DNA of 64,000 nucleotides from a virus (IMGVR_UViG_3300021426_000080:27744-91743); one strand, 5' to 3'. Numbered from the stretch's first letter, positions 8,889 to 17,192 are shown. Notes: generated from the letters alone by a model not told the origin. A program made the numbers and translations.

Positions 8889-10469
8889 ATGACAACGCAA
8901 GAACATCTCTACCGGCGCTTTCGAGAAGCCGGTATGACTCCAGCAGGAGCCTGCGCGACTCTTGGACAGATTCAGTTTGAAAGTGCGTTTCGGGCAAATA
9001 ATGCTGAAGATTCAAAGGGCATTGCCGATGAAGTATACACGGCTCAAGTAGATTCTGGGCAGAAAACCAGGCATCAGTTTTCCTACGATGGTGTAGGCTA
9101 CGGATATGCGCAGTGGACCGAACCGACGAGAAAAGGCCGCATGTATGATTTTCACAAGTCCAGAAAAACTTCGATCGGAGATTCCGAAACTCAGATTCAG
9201 TATCTGCTCTGGGAAATGAAAAACTATTTCCCAAATCAGTGGAAACTGGTAACGAGCAGTTCGGATCTGAAAGCTTGTACCTGGGAGCTCCTTGACAAGT
9301 GGGAGAACCCGAAAGAAAAAACAAACAATATGGCGAATCGCTATCAGACAGCTCAGAACTTCTTTAAGATGTTCTCGGCACTTACGCTTGACGGCGGTTC
9401 TTCTGCTATTAGCGCAGATGAGGCGATCGAAAAGGTTCTCAATCAGGCAAAAGCAGAAATCGATTACCACGAAAAAGCTTCGAACGTAAATCTTGACGAT
9501 AAGACTGCAAATTCTGGATCCGGTAACTGGACAAAATACGCAAGAGACTTGGCAGCCATCGGTAACTTCTATAACGGAAACAAAAATGGCTATGCCTGGT
9601 GCGACGTATTTGTAGATTGGTTATTCGTGAAATGTTTCGGAGCTGAAATCGGACGGCAGATGGTATGCCAGCCTTACAATAGTGCCGGAGCCGGGTGCCT
9701 TTATTCGGCACAGTACTATAAGCAGGCAGGGCGTTGGACAAATGATCCAAAACCAGGTCATCAGATCTTCTTTACCTACTCGGCTGGAGAAGTAAGCCAT
9801 ACGGGAATTGTCGAAGCAGTTTCCAGCGGCATGGTTACGGTAATCGAAGGTAACGCATCCGATCAGGTATGCAGACGTACATATTCCGTATCCAGCGCCT
9901 CAATCTATGGCTATGGCATTCCGAGATGGGAACTTGCGTCAAATGGTGATACATCGGTTATATTCTCTGATGTTTCAGATCGTATCCTCCGTATGGGCAT
10001 AAAAGGCGACGACGTGAAAGATCTTCAACAGAAGCTTATGAAGCTTGGTTATGATCTTGGCAAATGGGGCGCAGACGGAGATTTCGGCACGGATACCTAC
10101 AATGCTGTAAAGAAGTTCCAGGCTGAGCATGGTCTCGATTTTGTTGACGGTGAAGTCGGTCCCGATACAAGAAAGGCGTTGGAGGCAGCGCTTAACACAC
10201 CGAAACCGAAACAGGAAGAGACCGTTATTGAGCCAGTAACTCAGATTCCGTTTCCGAATATTCGAGTTCGCGAAATCAAAATGGAAGATGAGGGCTCCGA
10301 TGTGAAGCTTGCACAGGCTGCCTTACAGTGCTGGGGTTACACCATCGTTGTAACCGGCATCTTCGGCAAAGAAATGGACGAGAAGATTCGGCATTTCCAG
10401 AAAGCAAAAGGCCTCGAACCGGATGGCGAAATCGGCCCAAAGACCTGGAAGGAACTGCTTAAAACATGA
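8889..10469 (+). CDS. endolysin: phage-lysozyme2-type N-domain + CHAP amidase/peptidase + 2x PG_binding_1
   Basis: N-terminus GQIQFESAFRANNAED...YGYAQWTEP is lysozyme2-like. The Cys in NGYAWCDVFVDWLF and the His in SHTGIVEAV fit a CHAP domain. Two repeats D.K.LQ..L...GY..G..G.DG.FG..T..AV..FQ match PG_binding_1. Followed by the membrane-protein and holin genes. Confidence 0.8.
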   Translation: MTTQEHLYRRFREAGMTPAGACATLGQIQFESAFRANNAEDSKGIADEVYTAQVDSGQKTRHQFSYDGVGYGYAQWTEPTRKGRMYDFHKSRKTSIGDSETQIQYLLWEMKNYFPNQWKLVTSSSDLKACTWELLDKWENPKEKTNNMANRYQTAQNFFKMFSALTLDGGSSAISADEAIEKVLNQAKAEIDYHEKASNVNLDDKTANSGSGNWTKYARDLAAIGNFYNGNKNGYAWCDVFVDWLFVKCFGAEIGRQMVCQPYNSAGAGCLYSAQYYKQAGRWTNDPKPGHQIFFTYSAGEVSHTGIVEAVSSGMVTVIEGNASDQVCRRTYSVSSASIYGYGIPRWELASNGDTSVIFSDVSDRILRMGIKGDDVKDLQQKLMKLGYDLGKWGADGDFGTDTYNAVKKFQAEHGLDFVDGEVGPDTRKALEAALNTPKPKQEETVIEPVTQIPFPNIRVREIKMEDEGSDVKLAQAALQCWGYTIVVTGIFGKEMDEKIRHFQKAKGLEPDGEIGPKTWKELLKT

Positions 10470-10598
10470 AGTGGTTTCTTTTGTGGCTGGGCGTTGCGAC
10501 TGCGATTATCACGTGGTTTCGAAGTAACGGGCCGGTTTAATTTTAACGGGGCGTTCCAATAAAACGGTTCGCCCTATTTTTCTTTGGAGGAAAATCCT

Positions 10599-11108
10599 AT
10601 GACATTTCAGGATTTTTTAAACTACATCGGTTGGAAAGCTACGACTTTCTGGGGCGTGCTGATCTTTCTGATGTCAATCGGGATTGAGATCATCCCGAAA
10701 ATTAAGTGGAGCCCGTGGAGCGCTCTTATTAAGTGGTTCGGATCCAAATTCAATGACAAGATCGATAAGAAAATGGATACGGTTCGTGGCGAAATTAAAG
10801 CTCTCGACAAAAAGGTCGATTATGTTCAGACCCAGCTTTCAGAGCATATCACTGAATCGGAAAAGAAGTCTCTGGAAGATACCAGACGCGATATCCTTGA
10901 GTTTGCAAACGCCTGCATGAACGGGCGAAAGCATACAAAAGAGCAATTCGATTTTATGATCAAAAAGTGTGATGCTTATGAATCGCACATTCAGAAGAAC
11001 GAAATCAAGAACGGAGTTATAGAAGCCGCAATTAAAGAAATAAGACGGCTCTATGAAAAGTGTATTCAAGAACATAGTTTCTTAAAAGAGGAAGGAGAAG
11101 AATCATGA
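10599..11108 (+). CDS. lysis-associated membrane protein (N-terminal TM helix + coiled coil)
   Basis: RBS GGAGGA 9 nt upstream of ATG 10599 (the track start is an upstream TTG). TM segment TFWGVLIFLMSIGIEII. Sits between endolysin and holin. Confidence 0.45.
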   Translation: MTFQDFLNYIGWKATTFWGVLIFLMSIGIEIIPKIKWSPWSALIKWFGSKFNDKIDKKMDTVRGEIKALDKKVDYVQTQLSEHITESEKKSLEDTRRDILEFANACMNGRKHTKEQFDFMIKKCDAYESHIQKNEIKNGVIEAAIKEIRRLYEKCIQEHSFLKEEGEES

Positions 11109-11443
11109 CGAACAAAACTTATGACGTACTGAAGTTCATCGCGCAGATTGTACTGCCGGCACTCGGCACTCTGTATGCGGCCCTCGCTCCGCTGTGGAAT
11201 CTTCCGTATTCTGAACAGATTGTCGGAACGATCGTTGCCATTGACGCATTTCTCGGCGCTCTGCTTGGCCTGAGCTCTGTCAATTATTATAAGAATGGCA
11301 AAGACGTTCTCGGAACTCTGGCAATCGATCCTGAAAACGAGACCGCAGACTTTAACTTCAATGAAGCGAATGCGGAAGAGCTGATCAATGCTAAGACCGC
11401 AAAGGTTAAGGTTGAAGTTTACGAAGGAAAGCATGAAACCTAA
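11105..11443 (+). CDS. putative holin (112 aa, two hydrophobic helices)
   Basis: Overlaps the upstream stop (ATGA). Hydrophobic helices FIAQIVLPALGTLYAALAPLW and IVGTIVAIDAFLGALLGL. Small size and position after the lysin. Confidence 0.5.
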   Translation: MTNKTYDVLKFIAQIVLPALGTLYAALAPLWNLPYSEQIVGTIVAIDAFLGALLGLSSVNYYKNGKDVLGTLAIDPENETADFNFNEANAEELINAKTAKVKVEVYEGKHET

Positions 11444-11456
11444 TACTTGATATACA

Positions 11457-11496
11457 AGAGCTGTGAGTCGCACGATTTACAGCTCTTATTTTTTTT
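11457..11496 (+). terminator. rho-independent terminator after lysis cassette
   Basis: Hairpin AGAGCTGT-N14-ACAGCTCT followed by T10. Confidence 0.75.
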
Positions 11497-11532
11497 GACA
11501 GGGATTCGCAAAAATTACAATCGATATAGTAG

Positions 11533-11598
11533 AGAGACGTGGTGTAACAGGTAACATACCAAAAACGGAGATTGTAGGTTCAAGTCCTACCGTCTTTT
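11533..11598 (+). ncRNA. tRNA-like element: acceptor stem + D-arm + T-arm (GGTTCAAGTCC), anticodon arm truncated
   Basis: AGAGACG / CGTCTTT form a 7-bp acceptor stem. D-stem is GTGT/ACAT. Perfect T-arm GTAGG-TTCAAGT-CCTAC. Only 16 nt lie between the D- and T-arms, so it is not a canonical tRNA. Confidence 0.3.
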
Positions 11599-11605
11599 AT
11601 TTTTT

Positions 11606-11631
11606 TTCGCAAATTTTTCATCTTCTATAAT
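11606..11631 (+). promoter_or_regulatory. phage promoter motif TTCGCAA-N13-TATAAT
   Basis: Matches the 26-bp motif reiterated at least 15 times in the window, with identical 20-nt offset. Confidence 0.5.
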
Positions 11632-11668
11632 AGAGAGCTACTAAATTTATGGAAAAGAGGTTTTCTTA

Positions 11669-11803
11669 ATGAAGAAAGTAATAATCAGTTTAAGGCAATT
11701 TATTGAGAATCACGGCGAGTTTATTAATTCGCTGGCGAAAGGAGTGATTGACGCAAACCGATACATTTCGTCAGGAGGAGGCGGTTATTTAGAAATAAAT
11801 TAA
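11669..11803 (+). CDS. small hypothetical protein (44 aa)
   Basis: RBS GGAAAAGAGG. ATG 11669. Below the 60-aa cut-off of the ORF track. Confidence 0.3.
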   Translation: MKKVIISLRQFIENHGEFINSLAKGVIDANRYISSGGGGYLEIN

Positions 11804-11819
11804 GTGGAAAAGGAGACGG

Positions 11820-11862
11820 GAGTCGCTGTTAATAGCACATGCACAGCGGCTCTCTTCTTTTT
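11820..11862 (+). terminator. putative rho-independent terminator
   Basis: Imperfect hairpin GAGTCGCTGT...ACAGCGGCTCTC followed by a T-rich run. Confidence 0.4.
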
Positions 11863-11922
11863 AAGCCCAAAAAATCCCCGGTTGGAAATTTTTGAAATCA
11901 AAATGGAAGAGGCGAATGCAAT

Positions 11923-12525
11923 GTGGTCATCAGTAAAAAATCAGATCAAATGATCTATCACGAGGAAGATTGTCCGTATGCAAAGAGAATCAAGAAAAAG
12001 TATCTCCGTTATATTTCAGAAGATGCGGCAAAAGAAATGGGCTATCACGAGTGCTCTTATTGCGGCGGTCTTCACGGGATGTATTTGAAATTCCGAGATA
12101 ATCCGAATTATTTTCAAATGCAGCAGAAAGGCTTATCGGTTTCCTATGATCGAGTTGACCGAGGACTGTGCTTTCGAACAGCGAATGGCTTTTGGAAAGT
12201 TCTTGTTCGAGGACCGATTAAGACTTATAAACTCTGGCACTTAAATCATGGTCATTTTGATCCAAGTCTTCCTGATAAAATTCTGATGCGAAGGGACTTT
12301 CACAGGCAGATCGATGTTCAGTCCACATTAAATATTGGAAAAATCATAAGCTATATTTCAAATCATGATAAGGCAAAACGAATCATCGACAATGACTGGA
12401 AAAAGCTTCCGAAGTCAACACCAAAGCAGAAAAAGTATTACAAGCAGGCTCAAAAGAGGGCCAAACAAAAAGAAAACAAGAGAATTGATGAATTATTTAA
12501 AAAGCTTGAAAAAGGAGAACTGTAA
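11923..12525 (+). CDS. zinc-ribbon / lysine-rich DNA-binding-like protein (lysogeny module)
   Basis: CPYAKR...CSYCGG Cys pairs. Strongly basic K-rich C-terminus. GTG start from the track; alternative ATG at 11950. Confidence 0.4.
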   Translation: MVISKKSDQMIYHEEDCPYAKRIKKKYLRYISEDAAKEMGYHECSYCGGLHGMYLKFRDNPNYFQMQQKGLSVSYDRVDRGLCFRTANGFWKVLVRGPIKTYKLWHLNHGHFDPSLPDKILMRRDFHRQIDVQSTLNIGKIISYISNHDKAKRIIDNDWKKLPKSTPKQKKYYKQAQKRAKQKENKRIDELFKKLEKGEL

Positions 12526-12526
12526 A

Positions 12527-13315
12527 ATGGACGAAGTAATGAAAATCTATAATCCGAGAAAACAGCTTCCGATTATGTCTCATGAAGAAGCTTCAGCCGT
12601 TATCGTAAAGGAAGCGAAAAATAAATCAAAATGGAATAAATTCTGTGATTATTTGTTTGATGGTAAGGCCTGGAAGAACGTTTTCGTTGAGAACGCCAAG
12701 AGAGAACATGAGCTTGAGCATAAGTATCCATGGTTCGAGATTCTCTATCGGTGGACCATTGCATTGCTGATCTTTCTGCTTTGCGTGTCCTTTGTCATCT
12801 GGGGAATCAATATTCACACAAGGCGTACCGCACAGGCTTATGCCGATTCGATCGCAGCTCAGAAGGATGCAGAACATCAGGCATTTATCGCTCAGCAGGA
12901 AGCCGACAAACTTGCGGCGGAACAGTCTCTTGAGAATATTATGAAAGTCAACGCCCAGGTAAAAGCAAAACTTGGATACGGCAGCCGCAATTTCATCGAA
13001 AAGTATAACTACTCGGATGCTGATTTCATGACTCTTTACCAGTGCATTGACAATCGCCTCAAGAATTCTATGTACACTGGTATGACGATTGACGAAATCG
13101 CATTTCAGGAAGGACAGTTTATTGCATCGTATGATACGAATCCAGTACAGGATTATTACTTCAACCTGGCGATGAAGTCTGAGAGACTTAAGCATAATCA
13201 GGTATCAGATCCGGTCGGAACCGATTACGTTTATACGATTTACACGCCGCATGGAATCTTTCTCGCAAATGATCCGAAAGCACCGGCCTATACCTGGTGG
13301 AGATATTCGGAATAA
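12527..13315 (+). CDS. membrane protein with coiled coil (possible superinfection-exclusion/abortive-infection function)
   Basis: RBS AAAGGAGAA then ATG 12527. TM segment WTIALLIFLLCVSFVIWGI. Located in the lysogeny module. Confidence 0.4.
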   Translation: MDEVMKIYNPRKQLPIMSHEEASAVIVKEAKNKSKWNKFCDYLFDGKAWKNVFVENAKREHELEHKYPWFEILYRWTIALLIFLLCVSFVIWGINIHTRRTAQAYADSIAAQKDAEHQAFIAQQEADKLAAEQSLENIMKVNAQVKAKLGYGSRNFIEKYNYSDADFMTLYQCIDNRLKNSMYTGMTIDEIAFQEGQFIASYDTNPVQDYYFNLAMKSERLKHNQVSDPVGTDYVYTIYTPHGIFLANDPKAPAYTWWRYSE

Positions 13316-13327
13316 AGGAGGATACTA

Positions 13328-13525
13328 ATGGGCCAACATAAATATAATCCAAAAGCGATTGCTGCGAAAAATGGAGAAATTCCGCCAAAGCCAAAACAAC
13401 CGTCAAAAAGAGAACGTGAGGCCATAACTTATATGGCCTTTCAAAAAGCAATGCATGATAAAGGGCTATTGACGCCGTTCGATATGAATATTCTTTTTGG
13501 CGTTGATAATACTTATTTAAACTAA
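13328..13525 (+). CDS. hypothetical protein (65 aa)
   Basis: RBS AAAGGAGG 6 nt upstream. Confidence 0.4.
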   Translation: MGQHKYNPKAIAAKNGEIPPKPKQPSKREREAITYMAFQKAMHDKGLLTPFDMNILFGVDNTYLN

Positions 13526-13559
13526 AACGCTATATTATAATAAGGAAGGGATTTATAGA

Positions 13560-14090
13560 ATGAAAACTTACAACTTTAATATTTACAAGTATCACATTAC
13601 CGTGACGATTGAGAAGAAGTCGTATAAGACGGCAGAGGATGAACTTAAGTCTAAAATCGAAGCCATCAATTTGAAATTTGACGAAAAGTATCTAAAACCG
13701 GTAACCGTTGATGAAATTCTTGAATATTGCGGTGTTAAAAAAGATCCAGAAGAAATCAAAATGGAAGAAAAAGCTTCAGATTTATGCGTCCTGGAAGCAG
13801 CCGAAAAGTATATTCAGGCCAAACGAGGCAAACTGGCAGATTCGACAAGAAAAGGCTATATGAATATTGTCGACAATCATCTTAGCGGCATTTGGTTATA
13901 CAGACTTGACAGACTTACCGAAGAGCATCTTCAGGAAGCTTTTGATGCGGAAATTGCAAAAGGTCTCAGCGTGAAGACTCTGAAAGGCTATAGAACATTT
14001 ATCATGAAGGTTCTTGCCGAGTATTGTCCGGACTTTCATCCGAACATTCGTGTAACCAAGGAGGGTGTAAATGAAACTCCCAAAACCTAA
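13560..14090 (+). CDS. integrase N-terminal SAM-like (core-binding) domain protein lacking catalytic domain (truncated integrase paralog)
   Basis: AEKYIQAKRGKLADSTRKGYMNIVDNHLSGIWLYRLDRLTEEHLQEAF..KGLSVKTLKGYRTFIMKVLAEY matches the integrase core-binding domain pattern. No RHRY catalytic residues. Overlaps the int start by 20 nt. Confidence 0.5.
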   Translation: MKTYNFNIYKYHITVTIEKKSYKTAEDELKSKIEAINLKFDEKYLKPVTVDEILEYCGVKKDPEEIKMEEKASDLCVLEAAEKYIQAKRGKLADSTRKGYMNIVDNHLSGIWLYRLDRLTEEHLQEAFDAEIAKGLSVKTLKGYRTFIMKVLAEYCPDFHPNIRVTKEGVNETPKT

Positions 14091-15123
14091 ACAACTTAAA
14101 TCCGGTAATTGGAGAATACAGATCCAAATTAATGGAGAGCGATATTCTCGCACTGGAGCCACAAAGAAAGAAGCTCTTGAGAAAGCTAAGCAAGTTATCG
14201 CTGGCATTGAAGCGGAAAAACGTATTCCTTTGACTCTCGGTAAGGCCATTGACAAATATATTGAAGCTAAGACCGCAGTTCTTTCGCCATCAACCATTCG
14301 CGGATATAAGTCAGTTAGGAGAAATTATTTTCCGAATATTATTGATAAGAATATTTCAGACCTGACCCAGTCAGATATTCAGTTTGCCATGAGTTCGCTC
14401 GCAGCAAAAGGACTATCCCCGAAAACGATCAAAAATGCTCATGGTCTTCTCAATTCTACTTTTGAAATGTTCAGACCAAATTTTACGCTGAGAACAAGAC
14501 TTCCGAAGAGTCAGAAAACCGAAATGCGGATATTCTCTGAAGCTGAAATGAAGAAAGTTTTTGAAGCTGCAAAAGGTGATACATATGAAATTACGATTTT
14601 GCTTGCTGCATGGCTCGGCCTTCGAATGGGTGAGGTCAGAGGCTTGAAGTACGGCGATCTTAAAGATGGAAGACTTCATGTTCATACTACAATTGTTCGC
14701 GATTCAAACGGCAAAGACGTCGAAAAGAGCACAAAGACTACCTCTGGAGACCGCTATATTAAATGCCCAGGAGCAATTCAACATCTGATCGTGGTGAGAA
14801 GGTTAGAGCTTGAAAATTCCGGTATGAATAAAAAGGATATTTCTAAGACTTACGTTTGCCCATGGAAAGATAATACAATCTACAAAAACTTTATCCGGAT
14901 CTGTAAGAAGGCTGGAGTTGAGCCTTGTAGATTCCACGATCTTAGACATTTTATGGCAAGCGAAGGGCATGCTCTTGGAATTCCGAACAAGTATCTGACG
15001 AAACGTATGGGGCATAAGACTGAACATATGCTTCAGAATGTTTATCAGCATACGATTAGCGATATGGTTGATGAATTCGATTCTCTGATTGACGAAAAAA
15101 TGGAGAAATTGTATAATGAATAA
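14071..15123 (+). CDS. int: tyrosine integrase (site-specific recombinase)
   Basis: RBS AAGGAGGG. Arm-binding N-terminus SGNWRIQIQINGERYSRTG. Catalytic residues LRMGEVRGL (Arg), HDLRHF (His-x-x-Arg), GHKTEHMLQNVYQHT (Tyr). Confidence 0.85.
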   Translation: MKLPKPKQLKSGNWRIQIQINGERYSRTGATKKEALEKAKQVIAGIEAEKRIPLTLGKAIDKYIEAKTAVLSPSTIRGYKSVRRNYFPNIIDKNISDLTQSDIQFAMSSLAAKGLSPKTIKNAHGLLNSTFEMFRPNFTLRTRLPKSQKTEMRIFSEAEMKKVFEAAKGDTYEITILLAAWLGLRMGEVRGLKYGDLKDGRLHVHTTIVRDSNGKDVEKSTKTTSGDRYIKCPGAIQHLIVVRRLELENSGMNKKDISKTYVCPWKDNTIYKNFIRICKKAGVEPCRFHDLRHFMASEGHALGIPNKYLTKRMGHKTEHMLQNVYQHTISDMVDEFDSLIDEKMEKLYNE

Positions 15124-15289
15124 AAAGAGAATGATCAGAAACGGCGAACTTGTTGATGTATATTATAATGAGAACGGCGAAGAAGAATTGGTTCATTGGG
15201 TTCGTACTCCAAGAAATTCCGGGCGATACCCTTGGCCTAAAACCAGTATTTCTGAAAAGAGTGCACACGAAAATGCACACGGAGAATGA
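15116..15289 (+). CDS. small protein sharing an N-terminal TPR(N/H)SGRYPWG motif with the gene at 63790
   Basis: ELVHWVRTPRNSGRYPWPKTS compared with FLEHYGTPRHSGRYPWGSGKN at 63790. The start is uncertain. Confidence 0.3.
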   Translation: MNKKRMIRNGELVDVYYNENGEEELVHWVRTPRNSGRYPWPKTSISEKSAHENAHGE

Positions 15290-15328
15290 GGAACGTAGTA
15301 AATACGGGCCAGTTAAGGGGTTTGTATG

Positions 15329-15356
15329 ACGGGTTCGACTCCCATCATCCGCTCCA
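15329..15356 (+). other. tRNA 3'-half fragment (T-arm GGGTTCGACTCCC + acceptor 3' strand + CCA): candidate attP core
   Basis: ACGGG-TTCGACT-CCCAT-CATCCGC-T-CCA. No complementary 5' acceptor strand upstream. Lies 200 nt downstream of int. Confidence 0.5.
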
Positions 15357-15405
15357 TGGTGAGAGGCTCCTAAATCTGGAGTCTCTCAGTTTTTACTGAT
15401 ATTTT

Positions 15406-15451
15406 AGGCCTTCTTGGGTGAGATCTTCGTTTCATCTGGGAAGGCCTTTTT
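15406..15451 (+). terminator. rho-independent terminator
   Basis: AGGCCTTC-N26-GAAGGCCT followed by TTTTT. Confidence 0.65.
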
Positions 15452-15549
15452 GCATTTCTAAGCAAAATTTCTGCACATGAAAGTGCACACGGGATATTTT
15501 GTGTGCATTTACTCGAGCGATTTAAAGTGCGAAAGTAAAAGGAGAACAA

Positions 15550-15993
15550 ATGACGAGTGATACAGAAATCAAAATGAAAGAAATTAGTAATCGGATTACA
15601 GATCTTAAACTTGAATATGAGCGATTGCATGGCGATTATATCAGAGAATTGCAAGATAAGCTTGGCAAGTTAGTTGGAATGTCATTTAAAAGTAAAAACG
15701 GAGCATATTATTTTAGAATCATCGATAATCCAATTGTAGAGTACAAGAAAGCGTACACGTCATTCAATGAATATCGGCTGCCGGCTCTAACTTACTATAG
15801 TGATCCGACCGATCATGGAGATGTTGGAAGACTTGGTATACAAGAAATATATTCGGAAGCAGCCCACGCCGAAAATCCAATCGATTTCATTAGGAGCGAA
15901 TACACGGAAGTGTCGCCAGAGGAATTTGATGAAATTCTAGAAGGAGCATTTTCCGAGATTAAAGCTCTTGGAAAGCGAGGTGATGCCAAATGA
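15550..15993 (+). CDS. hypothetical early protein (147 aa)
   Basis: RBS AAAAGGAGAA. First gene after the operator-like region. Confidence 0.5.
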   Translation: MTSDTEIKMKEISNRITDLKLEYERLHGDYIRELQDKLGKLVGMSFKSKNGAYYFRIIDNPIVEYKKAYTSFNEYRLPALTYYSDPTDHGDVGRLGIQEIYSEAAHAENPIDFIRSEYTEVSPEEFDEILEGAFSEIKALGKRGDAK

Positions 15994-16086
15994 AAGAACA
16001 CTACAGCATAGTTCCTGATGGATGCGGTGGCTGGAGAACTAATCCGGATTATATGTAGTAAAATCTCTTGGAAAGCGAGGCGATGT
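15962..16086. repeat. direct repeat AAA(G/A)CTCTTGGAAAGCGAGG(T/C)GATG (two full copies, one degenerate third)
   Basis: Copies at 15962-15986 and 16062-16086. A partial third copy near 16146. Confidence 0.6.
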
Positions 16087-16269
16087 GTAAATGTATGGAT
16101 ATGTTCAAAACGCGAGTGCTGATAAACTAAGTCCTATAATGTAGTTAAAGCTCTCTCGTGAAGTCGACCGCGGGAGGGCTTTATTAATATATGGAAGGTG
16201 AGCGGAGATGATTTATATGGACTAAAATAATTAATGAAAGGATGATGCTTAATAGCGTTTTTCGAGCAA

Positions 16270-16581
16270 ATGTGTGAAATGACCGGGTACAAGCCTCAAA
16301 CTACTTTCTGGGATGACTTTATGATCGCAGAAAAATTTGGAGTAGACGCTGTTCGAGATACCTATAATCGAGCTATGAGAGCTTTGCGTGGCAATTATAT
16401 TTATCTAACCGAGCTGGTCATGGTTCTAAACTGGAATATTTGGTATTGGAATGGTGCAGGAACAAAGAAAGCTGAAGAACTTACGGAAGTGTATAATGAT
16501 CTCTTGGAGAAAGCCGATGAATATGCGCTCGACCATTTGACCGGTGATGAGCTTCAGTATTTTCTAAGGACGGTGGACTAA
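16270..16581 (+). CDS. hypothetical protein, partner of RadC-JAB (possible anti-restriction/ polyvalent-protein-type domain)
   Basis: Contiguous with the RadC-like gene. No motif firmly recognised. Confidence 0.4.
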   Translation: MCEMTGYKPQTTFWDDFMIAEKFGVDAVRDTYNRAMRALRGNYIYLTELVMVLNWNIWYWNGAGTKKAEELTEVYNDLLEKADEYALDHLTGDELQYFLRTVD

Positions 16582-16591
16582 GACGGAATAC

Positions 16592-17035
16592 ATGATTCCT
16601 GAAGTTCGTTCAAGAATGTATACACAAGAAGTCGGTGCAATGTATGGACGAAAACCTATCAAATCAACCATTGATGCTGCGGATGCTTTGATGGAGCATT
16701 TTTATGATGCTGATAAAGAATACTTTGTTGTAGTTCATATGGATTCTCAAGGAAGGCCGATTAGCTTTTCTGTGGTATCATCCGGCGATGTTAACGCTGT
16801 ACATTTTCCGATATCGAGCGTATTTAAAACAGCGCTCTTACAGAACGCCGCCTCTATTATTCTGTGCCATAATCATCCTGGCGGAACTTTATCTCCTTCT
16901 ACAGAAGACCTTGAGGCGACAAGGATGCTGGTTGAAGCCGGAAAGATGCTCGGAATAAAAGTTCTGGACCATTTCATTATTACACCAACAGATTACCTTA
17001 GCTTGCGAGAGAGAAGAGGTGATCTGTTTAATTAA
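16592..17035 (+). CDS. RadC-like JAB/MPN metalloprotease domain protein
   Basis: JAMM motif HNHPGGTLSPSTEDLEATRML (H-x-H-P-x-G ... S-x-x-D). Size about 147 aa, typical of the RadC C-terminal domain. Confidence 0.7.
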   Translation: MIPEVRSRMYTQEVGAMYGRKPIKSTIDAADALMEHFYDADKEYFVVVHMDSQGRPISFSVVSSGDVNAVHFPISSVFKTALLQNAASIILCHNHPGGTLSPSTEDLEATRMLVEAGKMLGIKVLDHFIITPTDYLSLRERRGDLFN

Positions 17036-17162
17036 CACGAAAAAGTAGTAAAACGAGGTGAAAGATGCGCTTGATGGAGCCAATGGGAGAAGTTTAGATG
17101 ATGAAATGTTCATTTAAGTCTCTCAGAATCGCTCCAGCCGGCAACTTTTTGAGGTAAAATGG

Positions 17163-17192
17163 AGAGCGGCTTTTACAGTCGCTCTTTTTTTT
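17163..17192 (+). terminator. rho-independent terminator
   Basis: AGAGCG...CGCTCT hairpin followed by T8. Confidence 0.6.

Larger units (their letters stand above)
15262..15507. promoter_or_regulatory. array of TGCACAC(G) operator-like half-sites including inverted pair TGCACAC-N10-GTGTGCA
   Basis: TGCACAC at 15262 and 15274 (tandem), 15472 (TGCACAT), 15484, and inverted GTGTGCA at 15501. Flanks the attP candidate and the first early gene. Confidence 0.45.

Noticed and set aside
372-10000. Numerous minus-strand ORFs throughout (for example 372..617, 816..1145, 2203..2973, 6949..7662, 9012..9470, 43597..43995, 50035..50883, 54480..55001).
   Set aside because: All are embedded antisense within longer + strand genes that have RBSs and recognisable motifs. 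No minus-strand RBS or promoter context is present. The genome is transcribed unidirectionally.
11533-11598. Calling the element a bona fide tRNA gene.
   Set aside because: The anticodon arm region is about 7 nt too short. Kept only as a tRNA-like structure.
12365-12526. Upstream extension of ORF 12365..13315 overlapping 11923..12525.
   Set aside because: A strong RBS (AAAGGAGAA) precedes ATG 12527. The extension would overlap the previous gene by 160 nt.
10278-15580. Recurrent AATCAAAATGGAAG string (8862, 10278, 11893, 13753, 15570).
   Set aside because: Three of five copies lie in-frame inside genes and encode EIKME. The recurrence is most likely codon and amino-acid usage coincidence.
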